This document shows positions 28,102-37,486 of a stretch of 64,000 bases of DNA, one piece after another; the first letter of the stretch is position 1; the number at the start of each line of letters is the position of its first letter. Under the pieces are notes generated by a model that had not been told where the DNA came from, ran no database searches, and worked only from the letters and a program-made list of their open reading frames with translations. A program made the position numbers and the translations under genes. This stretch comes from Hadesarchaea archaeon (GTDB lineage Archaea > Hadarchaeota > Hadarchaeia > Hadarchaeales > WYZ-LMO6), in assembly GCA_029259185.1 (NCBI GenBank), contig JAPDJF010000014.1, forward strand, positions 2,148 to 66,147. Reading direction: 5' to 3'.

Positions 28102-29666
28102 TTTTCCAGTCCCTCGCTCTCCCCCCTCGGCGGGCCTGCGATTTCCTCCTTCGGTTCGCCAGCCTCGCGTGGGGTTGGTTGAGTTCTAGGTTTCCACTTT
28201 TGGACCTCTGTAACAATATCTGGTGTGGCTCCGCCATGCTTCGTTTCGCGCCCCCTCACTCTGATGGGGACGGCGTGGCGCACCGTCTCTCTGCTTCCGG
28301 TAAGCAAACATGTGCCCTGCTCGAATTTGGGTAGCCGTCCTACCAAGTCACGGGGCGCGTCTGCGAAGACTCCTCTGAGAGAATCGAGCTGGTCTGGCTC
28401 CAAGGCGAAGATGAATCGGGTGTTAGTCACGCGAATCACGCGCTGGTCGATGTCCGTCGGAGAGGGGGTGACCAAAATTAAGCAGACACCGTAGTGGCGA
28501 CCGAACCTGATAGTCTCGCGCAGGACGGTCGAAGAGGGCGTGTCTCCGCTCGAGGGCAAGAACATGTGGGCCTCGTCTATCGAGAGCACCAGTGGGGGTA
28601 TGCGGTTGCGCATCCTCAGGCTTAAAAGTTCTCTAGCGATGGCTGCCGCCACGGCGTGTAATTCGCTGTGACCGAGACCCCGGCAATCTATGTTAACGAG
28701 GGCCTTGGGCCTCAAGAGGGAGGGCCAATCGACTCCTTTTCCGATAACGTGAACGTGCCTTAACGCGCTAGCGCGGTCGGAGGCGATGCTGATGGTGTCT
28801 CGTCGAGCGTTGAACTCGGCACCCACTTTTGGGATTTCGTTCACAAGATCGTCGACATCGAAGTCTCCTCGCTTCTTCAGATTTAAGAAGGCTCGTCGTA
28901 CGAGTTGTTCCTGCAGTTCGGTGAGCCAAGGAATCATGCCTATCACTTCGGGCTCGGCGAGGGACGAAAGGCGAATGGTGAGAGTCTTCCCTGGAGTCAG
29001 GTTAATACCGTTTAGCTCTTCCGTCGCCTCTACGGCTTCGCCGTGAATGTCGAGGTTAACTTGGGGTACTCCCAGCGAGACTAGCTCCTCAGCCAAAACG
29101 CCGCGGAGCCAAGATTTCCCGGTACCCGTGGTTCCCACGATGAGGATGTGCCGAGGAAGCACCTCCTTCGGGTTTAGGGATATAGGCAAGTTAGCGCCCC
29201 CCACCAACGTCCCTACACTGAGACCCTTACTAGGACTGACTAAACCAAGAACGTGTGCCACCGTATCTGGTGTAGCCCGATACACGGGCGATCCCGCCGG
29301 AACTAACGTCTGTGGCTCTCTGAGGTTCCAAGAATCTCCTTGCCGAACTAGTTCCTCGAGCAAATCTAGCATAACGAGTCGGAATCTTCGTGGGAGATCC
29401 TCTCGCACGCTCGGACTTTCGAGCCTGAGTAGCTCCCTCATGTGGGAGAGTTCGGCTGCCTCGTATGGGTTAACCTCGCGTCCCCAGACAACCCTGCCAA
29501 CGCTAAGTGAGACACCCTCCTCCCCGACGGCGACGAGCAACTCTCCAGGTCGGGCGAGCTTCCCCGGTCGGAGGGCAACAAGTAAGGATGAAAAAGAGGG
29601 GGTACTCTCATCTGCGACTACCGTTCCCACCCGCTCCGTTAAGTGGGCGAATGACATTCCTCTCAC
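28092..29666 (-). CDS. HerA/FtsK-like (DUF87-type) P-loop ATPase
   Basis: 524 aa. Walker A ILIVGTTGTGKSWL and Walker B LVLSIDEAHMFL. The N-terminal beta-barrel-like region matches the HerA/DUF87 layout. Confidence 0.75.
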   Translation of the reverse strand: MRGMSFAHLTERVGTVVADESTPSFSSLLVALRPGKLARPGELLVAVGEEGVSLSVGRVVWGREVNPYEAAELSHMRELLRLESPSVREDLPRRFRLVMLDLLEELVRQGDSWNLREPQTLVPAGSPVYRATPDTVAHVLGLVSPSKGLSVGTLVGGANLPISLNPKEVLPRHILIVGTTGTGKSWLRGVLAEELVSLGVPQVNLDIHGEAVEATEELNGINLTPGKTLTIRLSSLAEPEVIGMIPWLTELQEQLVRRAFLNLKKRGDFDVDDLVNEIPKVGAEFNARRDTISIASDRASALRHVHVIGKGVDWPSLLRPKALVNIDCRGLGHSELHAVAAAIARELLSLRMRNRIPPLVLSIDEAHMFLPSSGDTPSSTVLRETIRFGRHYGVCLILVTPSPTDIDQRVIRVTNTRFIFALEPDQLDSLRGVFADAPRDLVGRLPKFEQGTCLLTGSRETVRHAVPIRVRGRETKHGGATPDIVTEVQKWKPRTQPTPREAGEPKEEIAGPPRGESEGLEKWL

Positions 29667-29689
29667 GTTAAGGTTGTTGGAGGGTATAT

Positions 29690-30757
29690 TTAAACCTTAC
29701 CTTTTAACAGTTTCATGATACTTTTCGCCAAGGCCTGGGCCAGCGCCACCGGCATGGCGTTCCCTATCTGTCTCGCTACGGACTGAGCCGTGCCTTCGAA
29801 GACAAACGAGTCGGGGAAGGTTTGGAGCCGCGCGGCCTCTCTGGGTGTGATGGCCCTGTCTTGCTCGGGGTGGATGAATCGCCCGCAACTGGGAGCGTTG
29901 AAGCGAGACGTAATCGTGGGAGACGGAGAATTCCAAGACATCCGGCCGTACACGTTCTCCGCGCCCTTATCGAGCCTACGGTGGCACCGGAGCCACAAGT
30001 AACGAGGTAAGCTCCTCCTGCTCCCCCCGTCCCTAGGGACACGACGGACGGTCTCTAAGACACGGGCGGAGTGGTTCGTCGCCACATGGTTGGGTATTGT
30101 GGGGTGAACTTCTCCCGCGTGCAGGGGGGGCAGGTCTCCTATAGCGTCTCTCACGGTTCGCCACTTGGGAAGGGCGAGTTTCCCAGCGCATGTCGGATTC
30201 GCGTGAGTTGGTGGGGGGAGCCAGACCGACTTGACGGTTCTGTCGACCGAGAGCACTATCAGTCTCTTGCGGAACTGGGGGACGCCGTAGTCGGCGGCCT
30301 CTAAGCACCCCCAAGTGGACCGGTAACCCAGTCGTGCCAGTTTTCCCATGTAAAGTGCAAGGTACTGTCTTGTCTTCCGGTGGATCATCCCCGACACGTT
30401 CTCGAAGAGGACGGCCTTGGGCCTGATCTCGCCGACGAGTCGCAAGAGAGTGCGAACCAGACCGTTCCTCGGATCTCGCGCGTACTTAGGTCGAGTCCTC
30501 CGCAGGCTACTGAACCCCTGACAAGGCGGACACCCCACGACGATGTCGATCTCGCCGCGTCGCGCTCCAGCCGCGGTGAGGATGTCGTCGCCACCGATCC
30601 TCCTCGCGTCGGAGCAAATTGGATCGACACCTAGGTTCCGTTTAAACGTGGCGCAGGCGGAGGGATCATTGTCCACGGCCGCCACCACACGGAAGCCCGC
30701 GCGCTCGAGGCCGAGGGACGCGCCGCCGCAACCGCTGAATATGTCGACCGCCAACAT
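29690..30757 (-). CDS. dcm: DNA (cytosine-5)-methyltransferase
   Basis: Motif I VDIFSGCGGASLG. Motif IV GCPPCQGFS. Motif VI AVLFENV. Motif VIII QFRKRLIVL. Motif X GNAMPVALAQAL. The start was moved to the internal ATG (MLAVDIFSG...) because the track begins at a TTG. Confidence 0.9.
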   Translation of the reverse strand: MLAVDIFSGCGGASLGLERAGFRVVAAVDNDPSACATFKRNLGVDPICSDARRIGGDDILTAAGARRGEIDIVVGCPPCQGFSSLRRTRPKYARDPRNGLVRTLLRLVGEIRPKAVLFENVSGMIHRKTRQYLALYMGKLARLGYRSTWGCLEAADYGVPQFRKRLIVLSVDRTVKSVWLPPPTHANPTCAGKLALPKWRTVRDAIGDLPPLHAGEVHPTIPNHVATNHSARVLETVRRVPRDGGSRRSLPRYLWLRCHRRLDKGAENVYGRMSWNSPSPTITSRFNAPSCGRFIHPEQDRAITPREAARLQTFPDSFVFEGTAQSVARQIGNAMPVALAQALAKSIMKLLKGKV

Positions 30758-30760
30758 CTC

Positions 30761-30792
30761 TGACGTCAATTATGACGTCAAAAGTATAAATA
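30761..30792. promoter_or_regulatory. twin TGACGTCA palindromes plus shared TATA element between divergent genes
   Basis: TGACGTCA-ATTA-TGACGTCA lies at 30761-30780. It is followed by TATAAATA at 30785-30792, about 25 bp upstream of the 30807 ATG. On the other strand TTTATA lies about 27 bp upstream of the dcm ATG. Confidence 0.5.
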
Positions 30793-30806
30793 GCTTTGGT
30801 TCCAAA

Positions 30807-30968
30807 ATGGATGCGATGCCGCGATTGGAAAAGCCGAGAGCAATCCAGATTACGATTCGAGATAGGAGGACGGGGAAGAGCAAATCACGGACGGTGTACG
30901 ACACAACACTCGACGAGGTGTACAAGACTATAGAGCGTGTCTTCGGTGGGAAGGGGAGAGTTCGCTAG
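30807..30968 (+). CDS. 53-aa small protein in the divergent control region
   Basis: MDAMPRLEKPRAIQITIRDRRTGKSKSRTVYDTTLDEVYKTIERVFGGKGRVR. Good TATA spacing and non-repetitive composition. Confidence 0.4.
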   Translation: MDAMPRLEKPRAIQITIRDRRTGKSKSRTVYDTTLDEVYKTIERVFGGKGRVR

Positions 30969-31376
30969 TTTCCCTGCTGGATTTCTTAATGGGGTTCGAT
31001 GATCCCGCGGGAGGGTCTGGAAACGAACCCGAAAGGACGGCAGTACTTGAACTACTCGTACTCGGTGAGGACACCTGAGGGGGAACTGAAATAGGTGGTG
31101 TAACGACACTATAGTGGATGGTGTCCGAAAGCAACGCCCAAATCATCTAGCCGCTCTGAAGAAATTCTGCGAATTCTGTGGAAAAATCCAAGTCAAACTT
31201 CCTCCCATTTACACTTCTTCCCCAATTCAACCCCTAAAGTCATTAAGGCTCATAGGGAGAAAACGGGATTCTCTTCCTTTCCCGCTGAAATTTAAATCAG
31301 TAAAAAAATCAAAAATACTTTTCAACCCCCTCGCAAATTTAATTGACATGGTTTTGGCGGGTGTTGGAGGTCGGGC

Positions 31377-34300
31377 ATGAGATTCGATACCGCTTTTTGG
31401 GTGGATCGGTTCAGGGATCTCGGATATCCCTTGAGACATTTGGGTTTGGATGTCGGGTACCTCAGGGGGCAGGGGATCCTGCCTCGCGAACTCGAGGTGT
31501 CCTCGGCCAAGCTCCTCTACAGGGACGACTACGTCGAGGTGGTCGTCCTGGAGCTCGAGCGTCTCGCCCCCAGGGGCCTGTGCAGTCGCGTCGCGAGGGG
31601 GTGGAAGGGCAGGAGGCTCCGCAGGCCGCTCCTGGTCTTCACGGACGGCGTCGACAGCTACGCGGTGATCGTCCCAGGTCCCGGCGTCGGGGGCGAGGTC
31701 AAGGCCCTTAGGCTCCACGGCGAGCTCTACAGGACGGACAGGGAGGTTCTGGAGTCGCTGAGGTTCCCGGGAGACCCGGAGAAGCTGAGGGAGGCCTACG
31801 ACGCCGTCTTCTTCCCCTACGAGAAGGTCAGGGACGAGTTCTTCCAGGGGTACAGGGCACTGTTCGAGCGGATAATCGACTCCGTCAAGAAGCTGCTCGG
31901 GCAGGACGCCCAGTCGTACGCGCAGCGCTTCCTCGGCAGGCTGATGTTCCTGTACTTCCTCCAGAGGAAGGGTTGGCTGAAGGGCGACAGGAAGTTCATC
32001 GATAAGATCGGCGACTTCCGGGAGCTCAATAGGTTGTTCTACGAGAGCCTGAATAAGGAGGACGGCGAGGAGGGGCTGCCGTTTTTGAACGGTTCGCTCT
32101 TCGAGAGGGAGCCGTACATGACCGACAAGATGGAGGCCGGGCTCTTTCCGGTGATGGACCCCATATTCAAGGAGGCTCGGGAGTTCTTCAACCGGTACAA
32201 CTTCACGGTCGACGAGACGTCTCCCATGGAGGTCGAGGTGAGCATAGACCCCCTCCTGCTGGGGACCGTGCTGGAGAACATGCTGCCCGAGCACGAGAGG
32301 GGTGAGCGGGGCACCTTCTACACCCCGGTGGACGAGATAGGATTCATGTGCAGGAGGGCCATCTCGGTTTACCTTGGACTGGGGGACAGGGTGGAAGCCA
32401 AATCGGACAGAGGCACGGAATTCGTGGACGGCCTGTCGGAGTTCGTCGAGCGGCTGAAGCGAGAAAAGAGTGAAGAAAAAGTGAGGGAGTTCAAGGAGAA
32501 ACTGCTCTCACTGAGAGTTCTCGATCCAGCGGTTGGTTCGGGTGGCTTCCTCGTGGTCATGATGCAAACGCTTGTTCAGCTGATTCATGAGGCCGAGGGG
32601 GCGGTCGGGTGGAAGACCGACCCGGAAGAACTCAAAAGGAGAATACTTCCGAACCTCTTCGGGTTTGACATCGAACCTGAGGCCGTCGAGATAGCGAGGC
32701 TCAGGCTGTGGCTTTCCCTCATCATCGACCAGAAGTATCCTCTCCCCCTCCCCAACCTCGACATGAACATCATGGAGATCCACGACGCACTATCAAGGAA
32801 GTGGGGGTACACCACCAAGCTCGACGAGTTAGAGCATCAGGCAAGTCTCAGGGACAAGTTGGAATGGCTCAGGGAAAAGTACCTCACCGAACACGATCCG
32901 AGGAAGAGACAACACCTCCGAAAAGAGATCAATGAGTTGCAGGAGGTGCTGATGGGGAAGATTGATCCGAAAGGAATTCAAATCGAGTTTTACCTCCCAG
33001 AAAGAGCTGCAGATATCGTAGTTATGAACCCGCCCTACGTGAGGCAGGAGAAAGTACCTCTAAAGAAGAAACAGCAGTACATCAACGACTACAGGCTCGA
33101 TAGAACATCCGACTTGTATGCTTACTTTATGGTGAGATCGCTTGAACTCCTTAAGGAGAATGGGGTAGCGGCGATCATTTCGTCCGACAAGTGGCTTGAG
33201 ACGAACTATGGGAGGACGCTCCAAAAGAGGCTCAAGCCCCACTTGGTTGCGGTCTACGGACAACGTCACAGAAGTTTTACGGCGGATGTGAACACCGTAA
33301 TAACCGTCCTAACGAAGAAGCGACGCGACGCAAAAGAGCCTGTGCAGTTCGTCTACTTGGAGTCGTACACAGAGGGTGTTGTCAGGAACTACAAGGCCAT
33401 CAAGAGAGGAGAGCTGACGCCAGGCAAGTGGTACTACTTGAGAGCTCCAAAGATATTCGAAGAGGTTCTCCTGCCAAAGCTAACCCATAGACTAGAGGAG
33501 TTCGCCGAGATAAAGCGGGGTTTCACTACTGGTGCCAACGAGTTCTTCTACCTCAAGGACGTGAGTCACCTCTACGAGGCCGACAGACTGGCGAACCCCA
33601 AGAAGTTCCGGGAGTGGGGGGTAACCGCTAAGAACGAAGGAGCGCTGAGGAGGCAGGGGCTCATCTACGTGGAAAATGAGGGAGGGGAGAGGTTCCTCTT
33701 GGAGAGGGATGCTGTGAGACCGATTCTTAGATCTCCGAGACAGATCCGGAGCTACGGGGTGGAGGAACCCGAGACCCTCTGTTTCTGGGTTCGAGGAAGA
33801 CCAGGGCCCTTCGCCTCTCGCTACATCGAATGGGGGAGGAGGAAGGGATTCTATAAAAGACCAACGTGCAGGGCCAGGGATCCTTGGTACTCCCTCCACG
33901 AGTTCCAGGAGGCCAAGATTTTCCCACCAATGTCTTGGGGAGATGTCATGTACATTTCCTACAGCCCGGAGCCCTACGTTTGTGACGCTCGTTTGTACGG
34001 GCTTTATCCCAAGAAGCCGGGACTTGAGAACACGTTGGCCTGCTACCTGAACTCCACGCTTTTCTTTCTCACTGTTGAACTCTACTGCAGAAGACTGGGT
34101 GGGGGGGCAACTGATATTAAGGTTGAGGACTACGAGCAGATGCCAGTTCCTGACCTAGCAAAAACTAGGATTGATTTTGATTTCTCCAAGTTTGCTAGAG
34201 AACCGTTGAAGTACATGAAGGAAGTGGAGCAGGCGGACAGAAAGGAACTGGACAGGGCTGTGCTTAGGGCGATGGGTTTCAAGGAGAAAGAGCTGGAGGG

Positions 34301-34403
34301 CCTCGTGGACGAGCTTCACCGCGCCTTCGTGGAGGTCGTGGAGGACAGACTGATAAAAGCCGGCAGGCCACTCAAGCAGGGAGAGGAGGCTGCGGAGGAA
34401 TGA
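31377..34403 (+). CDS. large N6-adenine DNA methyltransferase (type IIG/III Mod / PglX-like, gamma-class)
   Basis: 1008 aa. Motif I VLDPAVGSGGFL at about aa 385. Motif IV VVMNPPYV at about aa 555. Long N-terminal (~380 aa) and C-terminal (~450 aa) regions of unknown function. Confidence 0.85.
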   Translation: MRFDTAFWVDRFRDLGYPLRHLGLDVGYLRGQGILPRELEVSSAKLLYRDDYVEVVVLELERLAPRGLCSRVARGWKGRRLRRPLLVFTDGVDSYAVIVPGPGVGGEVKALRLHGELYRTDREVLESLRFPGDPEKLREAYDAVFFPYEKVRDEFFQGYRALFERIIDSVKKLLGQDAQSYAQRFLGRLMFLYFLQRKGWLKGDRKFIDKIGDFRELNRLFYESLNKEDGEEGLPFLNGSLFEREPYMTDKMEAGLFPVMDPIFKEAREFFNRYNFTVDETSPMEVEVSIDPLLLGTVLENMLPEHERGERGTFYTPVDEIGFMCRRAISVYLGLGDRVEAKSDRGTEFVDGLSEFVERLKREKSEEKVREFKEKLLSLRVLDPAVGSGGFLVVMMQTLVQLIHEAEGAVGWKTDPEELKRRILPNLFGFDIEPEAVEIARLRLWLSLIIDQKYPLPLPNLDMNIMEIHDALSRKWGYTTKLDELEHQASLRDKLEWLREKYLTEHDPRKRQHLRKEINELQEVLMGKIDPKGIQIEFYLPERAADIVVMNPPYVRQEKVPLKKKQQYINDYRLDRTSDLYAYFMVRSLELLKENGVAAIISSDKWLETNYGRTLQKRLKPHLVAVYGQRHRSFTADVNTVITVLTKKRRDAKEPVQFVYLESYTEGVVRNYKAIKRGELTPGKWYYLRAPKIFEEVLLPKLTHRLEEFAEIKRGFTTGANEFFYLKDVSHLYEADRLANPKKFREWGVTAKNEGALRRQGLIYVENEGGERFLLERDAVRPILRSPRQIRSYGVEEPETLCFWVRGRPGPFASRYIEWGRRKGFYKRPTCRARDPWYSLHEFQEAKIFPPMSWGDVMYISYSPEPYVCDARLYGLYPKKPGLENTLACYLNSTLFFLTVELYCRRLGGGATDIKVEDYEQMPVPDLAKTRIDFDFSKFAREPLKYMKEVEQADRKELDRAVLRAMGFKEKELEGLVDELHRAFVEVVEDRLIKAGRPLKQGEEAAEE

Positions 34404-37400
34404 CTAGGATCGTGGACAACAAGGGGGAGACCCTCGCGTCCGTCCTGAACAGGGAGTTCTCCGAGGTGAGCGAGGTCGCGATCGCCTCCGCCTACTTCAA
34501 CATCCGGGGGTACGGTGACATAGAGAGAGGGCTCGGGGACAAGCCGATGCGCCTCCTCCTGGGACGCGAGCCAACCGAGAGCGTGAAGTGGGAGGAGGAG
34601 ATACTCCGGGAGCTCGAGGAGAGCGAGGACGACCTGGACTACTTCCTCCTCCTGCAGCGGGCGATAGAGTACTTCCGGAGCGACAGGCGCCAGGTCAGGA
34701 TCATGGGGGGACCCTTCTTCCACGGCAAGGCCTTCATCGGGGTGCATCCGAACACGTTCTCCGTGAGGCGCGGCGTGGGGGTGGTCGGCTCCAGCAACTT
34801 CACCCACGGGGGCCTCGTGGCCAACCGGGAACTCAACATGGTCAACACCGACCGCGAAGTCGTGCGGGAGCTCGCGGGGTGGTTCGAGGAGCAGTGGCTG
34901 AACTCCCGCGACTACAAGGAGGAGTTCCTCTCCATGCTCAGCAACTACGCAATCACGAGGAGTCCGCTGGAGGTCGTGGCGAAGGCCCTCTACGAGACCT
35001 ACAAGGAGAGCCTGGGCGAGAGGAGGGCGGAGATCTTCAAAGGCATGTACCCCCACCAGCAGCTCTCGTACATAAACGCGGTGGAGAAGCTCGAGAGGTA
35101 CGGGGGCGTGCTGATCGCCGACTCGACGGGACTCGGCAAGACCGCGACCGCACTGAACCTGGCCCACACCGCGATGAGGGACGGAAAGAGGGTACTGCTC
35201 GTGGCCCCCAAGAACGTCCTCGAGACCACGTGGAGGGACGAGATGAGGAGAACCCTCGGGACCAGGGAGTTTCTGGAGACCCTCTCCTCCGAGATGCTCT
35301 CCCAGAACCCGGCGTGCGTGGAGGAGTACGCGGGCGAGAACGGCGTCCAGCTCGTGATCGTCGACGAGGCCCACTACTTCAGGAGGCAGTCCACCAACAG
35401 GTACCAGGCCCTCAGGGAGCTGATAACCAAGAACGGTGCATCGGTGGTGCTCATAACGGCCACCCCCGTGAACACGAGCCTCATGGACCTCTACTCCCTC
35501 CTCGCCCTCTACCTCCCCGAAGACTGCGTGCTCGACCTCTGCGGGATGACCCTCAGGGGCTACTTCACCTCCAACCAGGCTAGGTGGCTCAAGGGTGAGC
35601 CCGTGAACATGGACGAGGTGCTGAGGAGGTTCATCGTGAGGCACTCGAGGGAGCTCGCGAGGGCCATGGACAAGGAGGGGAGGATAAGGTTTCCGGAGAG
35701 GGAGCTGGACAAGATCGAGTACCCGGTGGGCGTCGACCTGTGGGCGGTTCACGAGGTGCTGTCCCGGATGAACTTCGCGTTCTACGACCTCTCCGTGGAG
35801 AGGTTCTCCGGCGACCTCAGGATGCCCGACGGAACCCCCCTCTCGAGAGCCGCGAGTGAGGAGCAGGTGGAGAACCTGAAGGATCTCGTCAAGACGATAG
35901 TGGTCATAGGGCTGTTCAAGCGACTCGAGAGCAGCCTGACCGCCTTCAGGGAGTCCCTCCTGCGGACGCGGAGGTACGTGCGAGTCGCGCGCGAGTACGC
36001 CGTGAAGATGCAGTACTTCGTGCCCCCGAGGGTGAAGGGCGACGTGCTGTCCATTCTCGGGGAGGACGATGAGCTGGAGGAGCTGCCCGACCCCGGGGAC
36101 CTCCTCTCCAAGCTGAGGGGGGAGGATGCCTTGGAGAAGTGCAAGCTGGACCGGCGCGATGCCGAGGAGTTCGCGTCGAGGTGCCTGGAGGACGAACGGG
36201 ACATCGACGAGCTGCTGAAGATGCTCCCGAGCGAGGACGAGAAGTACCGCGCGCTTGAGGAGAAGGTCGGGGAGATGCTGGAGAGGGTGAGCGCGGGCGA
36301 ACCGGGCGTGAAGAACGGCATCATAATATTCACCCAGTACGCCGACACCGCGCGCTACCTGTACGAAATGCTCAGGGCGAGGTTCGGCCGCGCCATGCTG
36401 GTGACGGGGGGAGGGGGGTACGGCGGCGACGGTAGGTCGTGCACCGAGGCCGAGGCTGTCAAGGATTTCCAGAGGCACGGTGGGATACTGATCAGCACGG
36501 ATGTCCTGAGCGCGGGGCAGAACCTTCAGAACGCCCAGTTCGTCGTGAACTACGACTTCCCGTGGAACCCCGTGATCCTGATCCAAAGAGCCGGGAGGGT
36601 CGACAGGATAGGTTCGCCCTACGACAGGATATACCTGGTGAACGTGCTCCCCAAGAGGGGCGACCCGGGGGATCGCCAGAGTCTGGAGTACTTCTTGGGG
36701 CTCATGGAGAGGCTCTACAGGAGGCTCGAGATGATCAGGGAGACCGTGGGGATAGACGCCTCGACCTTGGGTGAGGAGGCCGCCCCCAAGGACTTCAGCC
36801 TACAGGCGAGGATCGCGCGCAACGACCGAGGGGTCCTCAGCCTCCTGGAGAAGAAGATCGAGCAGTTCACGAGGGACCCGCTGGACGTGCTGGCCAAGAT
36901 ACTGAGGGAGAAGGGTCTCGAGTGGATCGAGCGGATCCCGACCGGAATAGGGGCCATAAAGCACGGTAAGTTCAACGGCCTGTTCGTGCTCTTCACCGAC
37001 GGGAAGAATCACTACTGGAGGCTCCACGATCACGACGCCAACTCCACGATCACCTCGATTACCGAGATAACCGACATCCTCATGGAGGGGGAGGTGGCGA
37101 ACAGCGGCGAGAAAATCCCCTACGAGTCCCTGATAGGGAAGCTGAAGGGGGCCAAGGATGCGCTGAGGCGGGAGCTGGAGAGGGCGAGCCTGAGGGAGGT
37201 CACGAGGGGGGAGGCCCCGGAGAAAGTGACGAGAACCATCGCGGAGATCTACGATGCCCTGGCCAAAGCGGGCCCCGAGGGGGAGAAGCTCGCCGCGATG
37301 TTCAGGGGGCTGGCCAACCGGAGTACGGTCGTGGAGGGGCTGAAGAGGGCGAAGAGCGAGGGACGGTTGCTCGAGAAGGCGCGGGAGATACTCCCCCCGC

Positions 37401-37486
37401 TCGCGTCCGCGCCACCCCGAGGAGAGAGCGACGAGTCCATCCCGAAGCTGCGCAGGATGTGCTGGTGCCTCATAACGAAATCGTGA
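34400..37486 (+). CDS. PLD-family nuclease domain fused to SNF2/DEAD-like superfamily-2 helicase
   Basis: 1028 aa. The N-terminal PLD region has an HGKAFIG-like HxK motif and GSSNFTHGGL. Helicase motif I ADSTGLGKT, motif II LVIVDEAHYF, motif III LITATPV and motif VI QRAGRVDRIGS. The start overlaps the methyltransferase stop (ATGA). Confidence 0.85.
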   Translation: MTRIVDNKGETLASVLNREFSEVSEVAIASAYFNIRGYGDIERGLGDKPMRLLLGREPTESVKWEEEILRELEESEDDLDYFLLLQRAIEYFRSDRRQVRIMGGPFFHGKAFIGVHPNTFSVRRGVGVVGSSNFTHGGLVANRELNMVNTDREVVRELAGWFEEQWLNSRDYKEEFLSMLSNYAITRSPLEVVAKALYETYKESLGERRAEIFKGMYPHQQLSYINAVEKLERYGGVLIADSTGLGKTATALNLAHTAMRDGKRVLLVAPKNVLETTWRDEMRRTLGTREFLETLSSEMLSQNPACVEEYAGENGVQLVIVDEAHYFRRQSTNRYQALRELITKNGASVVLITATPVNTSLMDLYSLLALYLPEDCVLDLCGMTLRGYFTSNQARWLKGEPVNMDEVLRRFIVRHSRELARAMDKEGRIRFPERELDKIEYPVGVDLWAVHEVLSRMNFAFYDLSVERFSGDLRMPDGTPLSRAASEEQVENLKDLVKTIVVIGLFKRLESSLTAFRESLLRTRRYVRVAREYAVKMQYFVPPRVKGDVLSILGEDDELEELPDPGDLLSKLRGEDALEKCKLDRRDAEEFASRCLEDERDIDELLKMLPSEDEKYRALEEKVGEMLERVSAGEPGVKNGIIIFTQYADTARYLYEMLRARFGRAMLVTGGGGYGGDGRSCTEAEAVKDFQRHGGILISTDVLSAGQNLQNAQFVVNYDFPWNPVILIQRAGRVDRIGSPYDRIYLVNVLPKRGDPGDRQSLEYFLGLMERLYRRLEMIRETVGIDASTLGEEAAPKDFSLQARIARNDRGVLSLLEKKIEQFTRDPLDVLAKILREKGLEWIERIPTGIGAIKHGKFNGLFVLFTDGKNHYWRLHDHDANSTITSITEITDILMEGEVANSGEKIPYESLIGKLKGAKDALRRELERASLREVTRGEAPEKVTRTIAEIYDALAKAGPEGEKLAAMFRGLANRSTVVEGLKRAKSEGRLLEKAREILPPLASAPPRGESDESIPKLRRMCWCLITKS

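Noticed and set aside
31227-32294. 355-aa minus-strand ORF antisense to the N6-adenine methyltransferase
   Set aside because: Low-complexity Leu/Pro/Glu-rich antisense artefact.
34316-36586. 756-aa minus-strand ORF and the 331-aa +2-frame ORF (34588-35583) overlapping the helicase gene
   Set aside because: Extreme Pro/Arg/Gly/His composition with no motifs. The helicase frame carries the complete SF2 motif set.
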